Assembly (NCBI GenBank): GCA_938046645.1
Contig: CALIWM010000189.1
Location: 36,892-100,891 of the forward strand
Direction of reading: 5' to 3'
DNA: 64,000 nt
From: an uncultured Gemella sp.
GTDB taxonomy: Bacteria > Bacillota > Bacilli > Staphylococcales > Gemellaceae
This document shows, in pieces, positions 20,749 to 31,096 of the stretch (positions are counted from its first letter, which is position 1; each line of letters begins with the position of its first letter). Made by a program: the position numbers and the translations under genes. The notes under the pieces were generated by a model. That model was given only the letters and a program-made list of their open reading frames with translations. It ran no database searches and was not told the origin of the DNA.

Positions 20749-21042
20749 TTATTCAATATAACTGTTGTAAACTGTTAAACAAAGAACTCCTTCTTCATTA
20801 ACATTCACTAAAATTGGATATTGTTCACCGCTCATAGGGTATGAGCCATATCCTACATCTTGAAGAGCTTTAACCATATCTTTGAATTTCTCAAAAGATG
20901 TGTGGCCGTCAATATATTTTTCTTTGTCAGTAGAATACATAGTTGCTATATCTACATAATCTGCAACAATCTTAGAAATGTCATCTGAAAAATCGCTCTT
21001 GAATTCATCATCAATTAATGTTGAGGTTAAGTGGAATCTCAT
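20749..21042 (-). CDS. Hypothetical protein
   Basis: ORF with RBS, co-oriented with upstream ORF. Confidence 0.55.
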   Translation of the reverse strand: MRFHLTSTLIDDEFKSDFSDDISKIVADYVDIATMYSTDKEKYIDGHTSFEKFKDMVKALQDVGYGSYPMSGEQYPILVNVNEEGVLCLTVYNSYIE

Positions 21043-21061
21043 GGGTTCGTCCTTTCAACTT

Positions 21062-21448
21062 TTAATAATGATTAAAGGAAATATTAGTAACAACATTATT
21101 GTCATCTACCTCAATTTCCAGTTCAACATAGTAAACATACCCATCATTACGATAATGATAACGCCATTCATCTTGAGGATTAAATGTAGCTTTTTGTCCA
21201 ACTTCTAAATCCCAATAAGGACACTCTGGATTTGTTAGATTTTTTACAAACCAGAACATATCAGCATCACTATCTTGCTTATCAAGACTTTTGACAATTC
21301 CTTGGTAGAACTTTTCTACATTTTCATTTTTGAAAGAAATGTTTTCCAAGAAGTCATCAAATCGACTTCGAACCTCTCCTGCCAAATCATCAAGCTTGTT
21401 GATTTTTGCGGCAATTTCTTTGCTTAGTTTTTGTAATTTTTTGGTCAT
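21062..21448 (-). CDS. Hypothetical protein
   Basis: AAGGAGG RBS, preceded by motif promoter. Confidence 0.65.
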   Translation of the reverse strand: MTKKLQKLSKEIAAKINKLDDLAGEVRSRFDDFLENISFKNENVEKFYQGIVKSLDKQDSDADMFWFVKNLTNPECPYWDLEVGQKATFNPQDEWRYHYRNDGYVYYVELEIEVDDNNVVTNISFNHY

Positions 21449-21489
21449 GGTGTGACCCTCCTTTAGATAATTAATTTGTTGTAAAAATA

Positions 21490-21525
21490 ATTGTAAAATT
21501 AAAATGTTTTACAAACTATATTATA
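21490..21525 (-). promoter_or_regulatory. TATAAT-N6-TGTAA..TTACA motif copy
   Basis: minus strand TATAAT ATAGTT TGTAAA ... TTTTACAAT. Confidence 0.75.
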
Positions 21526-21583
21526 AAACAAATAAAAATAAAAGCCTTGGGAAACCCAAAGCTTTTATCATAAAGAAACTAAA

Positions 21584-24481
21584 TTATTTCTTGCGGCGTT
21601 TGAACAATGTTCCACCACCAAGGCCGAGGGCAGCCAAGCCACCTGCAAATTGCATACCGATAGCTTCAGCACCAGTCTTAGGAAGTTCTTTGTTTTGAAC
21701 TTTTGGTTTTTCAACTGGCTTTTCTGCTGGTTTTTCTGGTTCTGGTGTTGGTGGAACTTCTTTCTTCTTGTAAACATGGTTTACGTCACCATTTTGAAGC
21801 GGAATAGTATTTACATATTCCCAACCATCAATATCTTTCTTAGGTTGTACACCATCCACAGTCTCATCAATCTTGTTACCTTCGGTATCAACAAATGATG
21901 TCTTCATGAGGTGGTAAACATAAGTTTTGATATTGTCATGTTCTTCATTGTACAAGAATTTGTAGTTGTCAAAGTCTTTCTTTTCGTGGAACTTGTTATC
22001 TGTAACACTTTCAGCAAGTTCATCACCTTGTCCATCTCCATCACCATCTACATCAGAAATGTAACGAGTTTGAAGAAGTTTTTCGTAGTAGTAAGTAACT
22101 TTCTTGCTAGTGCCATCTGGGAATGTGCCAGTGGTGTCACCCTCTACTTTAAGGAAGCGCCATCCCGGAACATCTTTTTGGTCAGTCTTGTAAGAATCTT
22201 TTACAGAGCCATTGAATGTTACTGTATCAGCAATGGATTTTTGTTCTCCATTTTCATCCTTATTGATGTCCTTGTAGAATACTTGGACACTTCCGCGTTT
22301 CAAACGGTAAACGTGAGTAACATTGCCATTTTTATCTGGCTTGCTTGTTACATACTCATAGTTTTTATCTTTGAGTTCTTCTTTACCTTTTACAGAATTT
22401 CCTGTGTATTCTTTAAGAAGAGAGTTGCCATTTTCATCTTTCCAAGAAGTCTTGTAAAGACGTTCATATTGGTAAACAACATCAAGGATTTTATCTTGTT
22501 TAACTTGTCCATTTTCAGGAGCAGAACCTTGCTTCAAGCCCTTGAATCCATACAAGTCACCAGTTGGAGTTGTGATTGTTTGGTTATCAGCTTTCAACTT
22601 GCGAGCATCATAGACAGGTGTTGCTTGATTGAACTTGCCCAAAGGAAGAACAGATTTAGCATAATCAAAAATTACAGCTTTATCTTTTACAGCTTTGCCT
22701 TTAGTGTCTTCAAAGTGAACATTAACTCCATAGTTCACCATTGACTTTTCAAGGTCAATTTCTTTTGTTTTCTTATAAACAAAAGTTACAGTCTTAGTTT
22801 TCTTAGCTTCTACTTTGCCAGTTTCAGCAGCAGAACCTTGTTTCAGGCCAACATATTGACGCTTGAAGTTGTAAGACTTAGTTCCCTCTTTCTTAGTAGA
22901 AAGGATTTTGTCAGCAAGTTTAGATGCAGCATAATCTTCACCTTGAACAGCTTTGTCTTTGATAAGAGCTTCACCATTCTTGAGACCATCTGCCTCAGCT
23001 TCTGTCAATGGAGTACCATCATCCCATTCATGTTTAACTTTTACATTACCAACAAGTTTTTTGTAGTAGTAAGTAACAGTCTTACCTTGGTTTGAAAGCT
23101 TGCCTTTTGTATCGCCATCTACACGAACAAATTCAAAGTTTTGAACATCTTTTTGAGTGGTAGTGTAATCATCACCCTCATTACCATTGATAGTTTCTGG
23201 GGTAGCAACTTCTTCAGATGGATTTTCAATGTTTACATACTTAACATTAACAGGTGCAGCAGTTACAGTGTTCTTGTGGAAATCAATTTCAAATTCACCG
23301 TTTTTAGGTGGCACTGGAACTTCTGTGTTTGATACAGAACGTGTATTGATAGCCAACCATTGTGCTGAACCATGATTTCCCCAATCAAATTCAATTGATT
23401 TGTTTGCACGTCCTGCAATAGCCCCAACATAAGCATGTTTTAGAGATAGGTCATCCCATCTTCCATCAGGAGCGCCCTGCTCGCGAGCAATGTCTTCCAA
23501 ACTCTTGTTGTTAAAGTTTGTAACCTTGCCATTTTGTTCTGTAATACCCGAACCATTGATAGGGATATAACGTCCATTGAAGTTTGCCACATATTCACCT
23601 TGACCACCTTGGGAATTCAAACTTGCAAAAGAGATAAGAGCTGGATTATCTTCTGTAATGAAGATTTCTTGACCATTCTCATCAAAATATTGAATTTTAG
23701 TGGTGAATCTAAAATCAGGCAAACGCCCAAAATCTTCACCATTTGTCCAAGCATGTGCAAACATTGTTACTGTCGGGTCTTGTAGGAATTGCAATGCAAC
23801 TTGTCTGAGAGGCCCTGCGGTTTCTTTAAGAGTGGTAGTGAATTTTACACTTGCAATCTTTTTGCCCATGTAAGAGCTGTTTTCAAGATTGGTATAAGTA
23901 GCTGTTACACTATCACCCACACGCATCAACATTGCATGGTCTGCAACTTCATCAGTTGTGTAAGTTCCAGCACCAGAGCCTTCATAGTTCAATCTGTTTG
24001 GATTACGCCATTTTACATTCGGCTCCATTTCAGCATTTGTCCAATCATCTTTTGAAACCATATGCTGACCTGAAATGGTTACTTTAGCGTTTGGCTCAGA
24101 TTCAAAAATCAAGTTTTTAGGAACAACTTCTGAAAGATAGCCCGGCTTAGTTTTGTTTTCTTCAGCAACCTTTGTTTGTTGGTCGTATTTTTCTTTAGCT
24201 TTCTTATAAGATTCTACAGTCCGACGAATATTGGCAATTTGTTCTTTTTGGTCTGCATCTGCTTCAGTACGATTTTCCTTATGAGTTGAGGCTTGTTCAT
24301 TTACATTCAGCCCCAAAGCTTTAGCCTCATTAAGCAAATCTTGCAATTCTTGGCTTTGGTACTGTTCAGCAGCAAAAACTTGTGTAGCACTCATAGTCTG
24401 AACCAAACCAACTCCGACAGTTGATACAGCTCCAGTCATAAGAGCTTTCTTCAAGTTAATATTTCTGTTTTTCTTTTTCAT
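21584..24481 (-). CDS. LPXTG adhesin with GbpC/antigen I-II-like domain and MucBP-like repeats
   Basis: Signal peptide; GYLSEV..KNLIFESEPNA, ATYTNLENSSY.GKKI, DPT, SLN motifs typical of GbpC-like domains; repeated G..G..Y.T.QKD..VTYYY units; LPKTG + TM + KRRKK. Confidence 0.8.
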   Translation of the reverse strand: MKKKNRNINLKKALMTGAVSTVGVGLVQTMSATQVFAAEQYQSQELQDLLNEAKALGLNVNEQASTHKENRTEADADQKEQIANIRRTVESYKKAKEKYDQQTKVAEENKTKPGYLSEVVPKNLIFESEPNAKVTISGQHMVSKDDWTNAEMEPNVKWRNPNRLNYEGSGAGTYTTDEVADHAMLMRVGDSVTATYTNLENSSYMGKKIASVKFTTTLKETAGPLRQVALQFLQDPTVTMFAHAWTNGEDFGRLPDFRFTTKIQYFDENGQEIFITEDNPALISFASLNSQGGQGEYVANFNGRYIPINGSGITEQNGKVTNFNNKSLEDIAREQGAPDGRWDDLSLKHAYVGAIAGRANKSIEFDWGNHGSAQWLAINTRSVSNTEVPVPPKNGEFEIDFHKNTVTAAPVNVKYVNIENPSEEVATPETINGNEGDDYTTTQKDVQNFEFVRVDGDTKGKLSNQGKTVTYYYKKLVGNVKVKHEWDDGTPLTEAEADGLKNGEALIKDKAVQGEDYAASKLADKILSTKKEGTKSYNFKRQYVGLKQGSAAETGKVEAKKTKTVTFVYKKTKEIDLEKSMVNYGVNVHFEDTKGKAVKDKAVIFDYAKSVLPLGKFNQATPVYDARKLKADNQTITTPTGDLYGFKGLKQGSAPENGQVKQDKILDVVYQYERLYKTSWKDENGNSLLKEYTGNSVKGKEELKDKNYEYVTSKPDKNGNVTHVYRLKRGSVQVFYKDINKDENGEQKSIADTVTFNGSVKDSYKTDQKDVPGWRFLKVEGDTTGTFPDGTSKKVTYYYEKLLQTRYISDVDGDGDGQGDELAESVTDNKFHEKKDFDNYKFLYNEEHDNIKTYVYHLMKTSFVDTEGNKIDETVDGVQPKKDIDGWEYVNTIPLQNGDVNHVYKKKEVPPTPEPEKPAEKPVEKPKVQNKELPKTGAEAIGMQFAGGLAALGLGGGTLFKRRKK

Positions 24482-24667
24482 TAAAAAACCTTGAACCTTT
24501 CTTTAATTTTGTTTAATTTGGTTTTTATTAATAGAGTTGAAATGAGTTAGAAACTCACCTGAAACACTATTTCAATAAATAGTATATAGCATTTTTACAA
24601 AATGTCAAAGAAAAACGAAAAAAAGTTTTCAGAAACAATCTAAAAACTTTATTTTCTTTCTATTTGT

Positions 24668-25207
24668 TTATTTTAAAGTTCCAGTAAATGTAATTACAAA
24701 GTGGTCACTTTCCCAGTTTGGTTCATCTGCCGGAATAAAACCTAACTGAAGTTTCATAATTACTGTTCGTGAATCAGGATTTCGAATAATTGTTCTATTG
24801 TTTACAAATAGATGTTTTTTCTTTGGATGATTAAAATTCTTCATTTGCAAATCAGGAACATAGAAAATATTCGCATATTCATTGATTGTTGCATCAATAA
24901 TTCCTTTTAAGTTATCAGAATAATAATTATTAATGTAATAACAAATGCCAGAAACTGTTTTCTTTTCCCTTGGTAGACCAGAAATAGTTTCATTCATGAC
25001 GGCATGGTCAAAGTTGTAAGATTCATAAAGAAATTCATCTTTTTCAAAAATTTCAAATTCTTGTTTGATAAGGTCAGTGATTTCTTCTCTTATTAAATCT
25101 TTTACACTTTTTACCAGTTTTGGATTTTGATTTTTACTTCTCTCAATAAAGACTACGAAAGGAGCTTTTGTTTGAAGATTTGTTTCTTTGGGTTGTTTGT
25201 TTTTCAT
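24668..25207 (-). CDS. Hypothetical protein
   Basis: ORF directly downstream of secA. Confidence 0.6.
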   Translation of the reverse strand: MKNKQPKETNLQTKAPFVVFIERSKNQNPKLVKSVKDLIREEITDLIKQEFEIFEKDEFLYESYNFDHAVMNETISGLPREKKTVSGICYYINNYYSDNLKGIIDATINEYANIFYVPDLQMKNFNHPKKKHLFVNNRTIIRNPDSRTVIMKLQLGFIPADEPNWESDHFVITFTGTLK

Positions 25208-25227
25208 ATTAATTCGATTTCCTTTTT

Positions 25228-27906
25228 CTATTTATTTTTTCTATTAGAAATTTCTTGAACAATTTTGTCAGCAACATCTAGGCCAATACATTTTTTGTAA
25301 TTATCAAACATCTTGGCAGATTCTTGTTTGTATTTTTCTATTGGCTTAATTTGGCTCATGTATGTTCCATTTACCATGTCTTTCATGTTTTGCATGGAAA
25401 CAATGTATTGCCGCCAGTTTTCATCAATAGAATCTAACAACATTTTTTGGTGATTAAAGGCGTTATAGTTATTATTGACTATATCAATCACATCTTCATA
25501 TAGAGACTCAACTAAAAGCTTTTTATTCACTTTTTTACCTGAATCTGAAATCGGGATTTCTTTATCAAAAACATCTAGATAGAAGTCCTGATAATCTCTA
25601 ACAGTTTTAGCGAACACCTTTTTTCTCAACTCTTTATTTTTTAAATCCTTATTGCTTTCAGAAAGCTCAACAAGATTTTTTCTAAAGAGTTCATTCCATT
25701 TTTCTAAAGCGAAATTATGGATTCCTTGCTCAACAAGCTCATCATATTTGTCCACAACATCTTTTTGGTCTAAAACATCATTGCGGAATTTATAGACTGA
25801 TTTGCGTTGGAGATTATCCACTTCGTCAAATTCAAGTGTCTGTTTTCGCTGCTCATAAGAGTTCAACTCAATATTTTTTTGAAGTTTCTCTATCTGAGTA
25901 ACCACATAGGCTTTATCAGACTTTTCTTGTTTATCAGGGTTCTTTTTAAGAATTTTAAATTTCTTATTTTTTGCTTCTTCATTATTAAGAGCTTCTAGCA
26001 AAATCCCTCTAAAAGCTTCTCTGGCATGAGGTTGAATACTGTTTAGCAATTCATCATCTACAGAGATAAAGAACTTAGAGCCGCCGGGTTCTCCTTGCCG
26101 TCCTGCTCGGCCTCGAAGTTGGTCATCTACACGTTTTGAATTGGAAAGTTCTGTACCAATAACATATAGGCCACCAGCTTCCAGAACATTTTTGCGGTCA
26201 ATCTTACACTTAGTTTCAACGTCTGCTAGGCGTTTATGGTATCTTTCGGCCAAAAGCCTAATCTTAACGTCATAATCCACATTGTCCATATTGGCTGAAA
26301 TGGCTTGAACAATATCTTGAGAAGAATATCCTTGATTAAGCAGCTCATACCGAACTAGATAATCCGGGTTTCCGCCCATAAGAATATCTGTACCTCGGCC
26401 GGCCATATTAGTTGCAATTGTAATAGCAGAACTCTTACCTGCTTGGGCAACAATATAAGATTCTTTTTCTACTTCTTTGGCGTTGAGAACTCTGTGATGC
26501 ATCCCTACATCTGAGAACATTTTGCTAAGAATTAAAGATTTATTGATGGACGAAGTTCCAATCAAGACTGGGCGGCCCGTAGCAATGACCTCTTTTGTCT
26601 TTTGGATAACAGCTTTGAACTTTTCTTCTTCTGATGCAAAAACCTCAGATTTTTCATCAACTCGAATAACAGGTTTGCTCAAAGGAACATTTACCACATC
26701 AGTAAAGTAAGTTTCTTTAAACTCTTTTCTTTCTCCAATAACTGTTCCTGACATACCAGAAATTTTGTCATAGAGTCGGAAAAAGTTTTGAATGGTAATA
26801 GTAGCCGTTGTATCACTCTCAGGATTAATTTTTACACCCTCTTTGGCTTCTAACGCCTGATGCAGTCCATCTGAGTATTGCCGGCCATCCATTTTACGGC
26901 CTGTGAATTCATCCACAATAACAATTTCACCATTTTGAACAACATAATTTTTATCTTTTTCAAATGTGGCTACAGCTCTTAGTGCTGCAATCATGTGATG
27001 ATAGATGATGGCATTTTCAGGACTAGAAAGGCTTCCTCGTAGTTTAAAAGACTTCTTGATGCGCTGCACGCCCTTATCTGTGATAACAATACTGTTGTTT
27101 TTAGGGTCTACTCGGTAGTGACAGTTATCATTAATTAATTCTTCTTTTTCAATTAAATCAATTTTTTTAACCTTAGATACATCCACCAAATCAGGCCCTC
27201 TACGAAGATTTTTGGCAACTTGATTAGCTAGTTTATACATCACTTCTTTTTCCCCAGCCTCTGCTGAGATAATCAAAGGCGTTTTAGCTTCATCAATCAA
27301 GATAGAGTCTGCCTCGTCTACAATACAGTAGTTAAGAGCTGTTTGAACACGCTCAGAAGCATCTTTGACCATATTGTCTTTAAGGTAATCAAAACCAAAC
27401 TCTGAGTTGATGCCATAAATGATATTTTCTTGATAGGCCTTTCTACGAGTTCCATCTGGCATATTAGGCCAAATACGCCCAACAGTCAGCCCAAAGAAAT
27501 TAAACACTACGCCCATTTCTTCTGAGTCACGTTTGGCTAGATAATCATTAACAGTGATGATGTGGACTTTTTTACCACCAAAGGTATTCACATAGGCCGG
27601 CAAAATACTTGTCAATGTTTTGCCTGAACCAGTATACATTTCTGCAACAACGCCGTAATGGAGCAGCAAACCACCAACAACTTGATAATCATAGTGGAAT
27701 TTACCCAAAAGTCGGAATGTTACTTCTCGGCCATAAGCAAAAGCATTAACAACAAAATCATCAGTATTTCCATTGTTTTCGTACTGAGATTCTAGGGAAG
27801 ATTGGTATTCTTTTAATTCAGAATCGCTCATAGAACGAAAAAAATCTTTTTTGGAATTAATCTTTTTTAACATCCGATTAGCTTTAATCAACATTTTTGA
27901 TTTCAC
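25228..27906 (-). CDS. secA: Preprotein translocase ATPase SecA (divergent)
   Basis: EMYTGSGKT, TVNDYLAKRD, FGFDYLKDNM, VDEADSILIDEA, GLHQALEAKE, ATNMAGRGTDI, QLRGRAGRQG. Confidence 0.95.
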   Translation of the reverse strand: MKSKMLIKANRMLKKINSKKDFFRSMSDSELKEYQSSLESQYENNGNTDDFVVNAFAYGREVTFRLLGKFHYDYQVVGGLLLHYGVVAEMYTGSGKTLTSILPAYVNTFGGKKVHIITVNDYLAKRDSEEMGVVFNFFGLTVGRIWPNMPDGTRRKAYQENIIYGINSEFGFDYLKDNMVKDASERVQTALNYCIVDEADSILIDEAKTPLIISAEAGEKEVMYKLANQVAKNLRRGPDLVDVSKVKKIDLIEKEELINDNCHYRVDPKNNSIVITDKGVQRIKKSFKLRGSLSSPENAIIYHHMIAALRAVATFEKDKNYVVQNGEIVIVDEFTGRKMDGRQYSDGLHQALEAKEGVKINPESDTTATITIQNFFRLYDKISGMSGTVIGERKEFKETYFTDVVNVPLSKPVIRVDEKSEVFASEEEKFKAVIQKTKEVIATGRPVLIGTSSINKSLILSKMFSDVGMHHRVLNAKEVEKESYIVAQAGKSSAITIATNMAGRGTDILMGGNPDYLVRYELLNQGYSSQDIVQAISANMDNVDYDVKIRLLAERYHKRLADVETKCKIDRKNVLEAGGLYVIGTELSNSKRVDDQLRGRAGRQGEPGGSKFFISVDDELLNSIQPHAREAFRGILLEALNNEEAKNKKFKILKKNPDKQEKSDKAYVVTQIEKLQKNIELNSYEQRKQTLEFDEVDNLQRKSVYKFRNDVLDQKDVVDKYDELVEQGIHNFALEKWNELFRKNLVELSESNKDLKNKELRKKVFAKTVRDYQDFYLDVFDKEIPISDSGKKVNKKLLVESLYEDVIDIVNNNYNAFNHQKMLLDSIDENWRQYIVSMQNMKDMVNGTYMSQIKPIEKYKQESAKMFDNYKKCIGLDVADKIVQEISNRKNK

Positions 27907-27980
27907 TCTAAATATAATTCTCCTTTTCTTTTGTTGATAATTCTATTATATCAAAAAACACAAAAAAGAGCTAGATAAAT

Positions 27981-28373
27981 CTAACTCTTAGGAATGTTTT
28001 TCAGTAGTCCGGAAAGCTTTGCTACAAGGACTTTGTTGACTGAATTTGGTTTCACTTCAACAACTAAATGTTGGATGAAATCTGATTGGCCATAAAGAAT
28101 GAATCCCAGTCGTTTCGCACCATTTTCATCTTTGAAAACAGCAACATCAGCTCCGTTTTTAATGTCAAAACGCTGAATAAAATCCTCAACTTCACTAATA
28201 GTCATCATATGACTATTTTCCTCAATCAAGTCTTTGTCCAAAACTTCTACATTTGCATCATAACAATATTGTGAAAGGAAATCAAAAACAAGTTCCATTT
28301 CATTATTGTGTTGCCGCTCTTTTTCTTCTGCGATACCATTTGCTGAGACAGTATTTAAAGTGATATATTCCAT
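27981..28373 (-). CDS. Hypothetical protein
   Basis: AAGGAG RBS, motif promoter, own terminator. Confidence 0.65.
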   Translation of the reverse strand: MEYITLNTVSANGIAEEKERQHNNEMELVFDFLSQYCYDANVEVLDKDLIEENSHMMTISEVEDFIQRFDIKNGADVAVFKDENGAKRLGFILYGQSDFIQHLVVEVKPNSVNKVLVAKLSGLLKNIPKS

Positions 28374-28410
28374 ATCTTTTCTCCTTTTTTGTAAAAAATA
28401 AAATTAATTA

Positions 28411-28445
28411 ATTGTAAAAATGAATTAATTACATAATCTATTATA
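28411..28445 (-). promoter_or_regulatory. TATAAT-N6-TGTAA..TTACA motif copy
   Basis: minus strand TATAAT AGATTA TGTAAT ... TTTTACAAT. Confidence 0.75.
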
Positions 28446-28495
28446 AAGAAGAACAATAAAACAAAAAAGCCATGTAATACTACATGACCTTTATT

Positions 28496-30271
28496 TTATC
28501 TTCTCCGTCGTCTACGTCTAGATGTTCCCAGAACAGATAGTTCGTACCGAGAAGATTCTGGTTTTTCAGTTTCTTGTGGTATTTCTGGCTCAACAGGCTC
28601 TTCTTGTGTTGGATTTAAAACAGATTTTAGGATTTCTTGTTTTAAAGTCTCATGAGCTGCCGGGCCTTGAATAGAGATATTTGAATCTGACACAACATTT
28701 TGTAAATCTTCTAAAGTATTAATAACAATTGGGCCATCACTTTCCTCAGTAGTTGTATTAACAACTTCCTCATTGACTTCTGGATTATCTTCTTCTAAGA
28801 ACTCTGCTGTTGCTTCTTCCTCTTGAATATCACCATTAACAACCTCTTCTTCTCCATTTACTTGAATAGGAATGGTTGTATATGCTGAACTTCTAGGGAT
28901 AATAACTTCTAAGTTATATACACCAGCTTCTGACTTATCATAAAATCCAACCAAATTGTATTCTAATAGCCGGCCCTCATGGTCTTCCACTCGAATATTT
29001 AAGTATTTCTTAACTTCTGACAATGGAGTATTCAATGGAACTGTATACATTGACCCATCTCGTGGATATTCATAAAGGAATTTAGGAGATTCTAGAACTT
29101 TCACTCGCAAATCAATTGTTTTAAATCCATTAGACAAGTGAATTGTGTGTTCTCCGGGGATAAGAAATTCATAATTGATAGCATCAAATACTTCTTCATC
29201 ACCAGAAACTTCTAGGTTCAAATTGCCTTGAATATATTTTCCAAGTTCTAAAGGTTCTTCAACATAAACAATAGGCCGGCCAACTACTTTAAATTTCTTA
29301 GTTTCATCTTCAATGACAAGCACCTTGCGAGATTTAATAACTGAAAGGCCGCCTGAATCTGTTACACTGTAACGAACATCTTGCTCACCTAAAACATCAG
29401 TGTCTACAGTATCAAGAATTTGAATTTCTGATGTTAAATCACCATCATCTTCATCAAAAGCTTCAACGCCTACTAGAAGCTCTTCTTGTAACACTTCTTT
29501 TCCTTGAATCACATGGATTTGTTCCTTTTTAAAGGTAATAACAGGAGGTGTGTTGATTTTTTCTAAAAGGTTAATAGCGCCTTTAATGTTTTCAACTGCT
29601 TCATTAATCTGCTCTTGTTTTAATTCATCAACATTAATTAATGTCACTGTTTTTCCGGCATTGACTGCCTTTTCAAGAATATCAATATTGAGATATTTGT
29701 CTCGTTTTTTAAGATATTCATCAGCAGATGCAAGAACTTGATGCAAGCTCTCCAAAGTAATTGCTTCAACTGTGATTTTGAAATTTTTGTTTTGATTTGG
29801 CTCTGTTGGGTGAGTTGGGTCTACAATTGAAATAAATACACTGGAACTTCCAATTTCTTCCGCTTTACCAGAAAGAGCTTTTGTATCGTAATCAATATAA
29901 AACCCTTTTGGAAGTTTTGTACTGGCCACCATTGCATTTTCATTATCTGTCAATGGAATATGAACAACATCACCAAAATGAAAAACTAGCGGTTCTTCAT
30001 ATAGAGGCAATGAGAGAACTTCTTTTTGTTTCTTCTTAGGTTGCCTTGCCTCCTCAATTGAGAATTCAATAACAATTTTTTCTGTAGTAGTATTAATCAT
30101 GGTGACAAAATCACCAGATTCTTCAGGTGTTCCCTCAATAGAGTCTGCTTCAAAGTATAGGCCATCAGGCATACCTTTAATACTAATTACATCATCAGAT
30201 GTAATATATCTAGGCTCACAAGGAACGCCTTCTTCTAGGTTGAAAGCAAAGTTGCGAAATGCTTGTGACAT
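28496..30271 (-). CDS. Acidic Ig-like domain protein without signal peptide
   Basis: GMPDGL/LPKGF..LSG Ig-like repeats; A.D.DDGDLT..I....VDT...G...V.YSVTDS.G (DUF5011-like); ends in RRRRRR. Confidence 0.65.
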   Translation of the reverse strand: MSQAFRNFAFNLEEGVPCEPRYITSDDVISIKGMPDGLYFEADSIEGTPEESGDFVTMINTTTEKIVIEFSIEEARQPKKKQKEVLSLPLYEEPLVFHFGDVVHIPLTDNENAMVASTKLPKGFYIDYDTKALSGKAEEIGSSSVFISIVDPTHPTEPNQNKNFKITVEAITLESLHQVLASADEYLKKRDKYLNIDILEKAVNAGKTVTLINVDELKQEQINEAVENIKGAINLLEKINTPPVITFKKEQIHVIQGKEVLQEELLVGVEAFDEDDGDLTSEIQILDTVDTDVLGEQDVRYSVTDSGGLSVIKSRKVLVIEDETKKFKVVGRPIVYVEEPLELGKYIQGNLNLEVSGDEEVFDAINYEFLIPGEHTIHLSNGFKTIDLRVKVLESPKFLYEYPRDGSMYTVPLNTPLSEVKKYLNIRVEDHEGRLLEYNLVGFYDKSEAGVYNLEVIIPRSSAYTTIPIQVNGEEEVVNGDIQEEEATAEFLEEDNPEVNEEVVNTTTEESDGPIVINTLEDLQNVVSDSNISIQGPAAHETLKQEILKSVLNPTQEEPVEPEIPQETEKPESSRYELSVLGTSRRRRRRR

Positions 30272-30383
30272 CTGTTAGTCTCCTTTTTTTAAGTTTTAAA
30301 TTAATTTATTGAATAACTCAATTATATCACAAAAACAACAAAAAAGAAACGAATTCACTATCGCTTCTTTCTGTTATTTGGTC

Positions 30384-30689
30384 TTACTCCTTTAATTCCT
30401 TAATCCTGTCTGCTGCTCGATTTACAGCATCTGTATAAGGTGTGTCTAGCTCCTGAATTTCAATAGATAATTGATTGTATGGAATGATGGAAACGTGAGA
30501 GCTGTCTACAGTATTTTTCCAAATTGACCATGCGTCATGGATTTCTTCGTTGGTAATTGGAGTTCCTGTAGAAGCAGAAGTGCAAGCAAGACTCAAATAA
30601 CAAGAGAACAACACTTCTGGCAACTCTTCATTCAGCTCTTCTTTCAAAATCGCTTCTCTTTTCAACATATAATTTGATTTCTTTGTCAT
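30384..30689 (-). CDS. Small phage-like hypothetical protein
   Basis: IHDAWSIW...H.SIIPY..L....Q..D, loosely RyR-repeat-like. Confidence 0.5.
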   Translation of the reverse strand: MTKKSNYMLKREAILKEELNEELPEVLFSCYLSLACTSASTGTPITNEEIHDAWSIWKNTVDSSHVSIIPYNQLSIEIQELDTPYTDAVNRAADRIKELKE

Positions 30690-31096
30690 TATAGATATTC
30701 CTTTCTAATTTCAGCCCAAGTTTCAGGCTTAGAATAATCTGGTGCACCATAAGCCTTATCATCAAAATAAACTGAAGCATTAACTTTAGGTGAGCCAATA
30801 GGGTAAATACTTGTGAACCAATTTGAGTGTTCATTGAATTTGACATTTGGGTTTAGCCCATATTCATCAATCAAGACACGTTTAACAACGTTAAGATTGT
30901 CACCTCCACGCGCCGTCCAGATAATAGCCTCATATCCAAATTTAATCATATCATTAATACATTCAATAGCTCCATCAAAAGGCACACTACAATCCGGATA
31001 TTCTTCTTTCCAGATTGTTCCATCTAAATCAATTGCAATAACTGGATGAGTGTTAGGATTCTTTTTAATCATAATTCCTCTTTCTAATTCATTCAT
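30689..31096 (-). CDS. HAD-superfamily phosphatase-like protein (capless type)
   Basis: IAIDLDGTI, WTAR, K, YFDDKA motifs. Confidence 0.8.
   Translation of the reverse strand: MNELERGIMIKKNPNTHPVIAIDLDGTIWKEEYPDCSVPFDGAIECINDMIKFGYEAIIWTARGGDNLNVVKRVLIDEYGLNPNVKFNEHSNWFTSIYPIGSPKVNASVYFDDKAYGAPDYSKPETWAEIRKEYL

Noticed and set aside
21911..22744. 277-aa plus-strand ORF (and similar 53831..54709, 7847..8356, 40225..40704)
   Set aside because: Antisense shadows of well-supported genes, with no RBS or protein-like motifs
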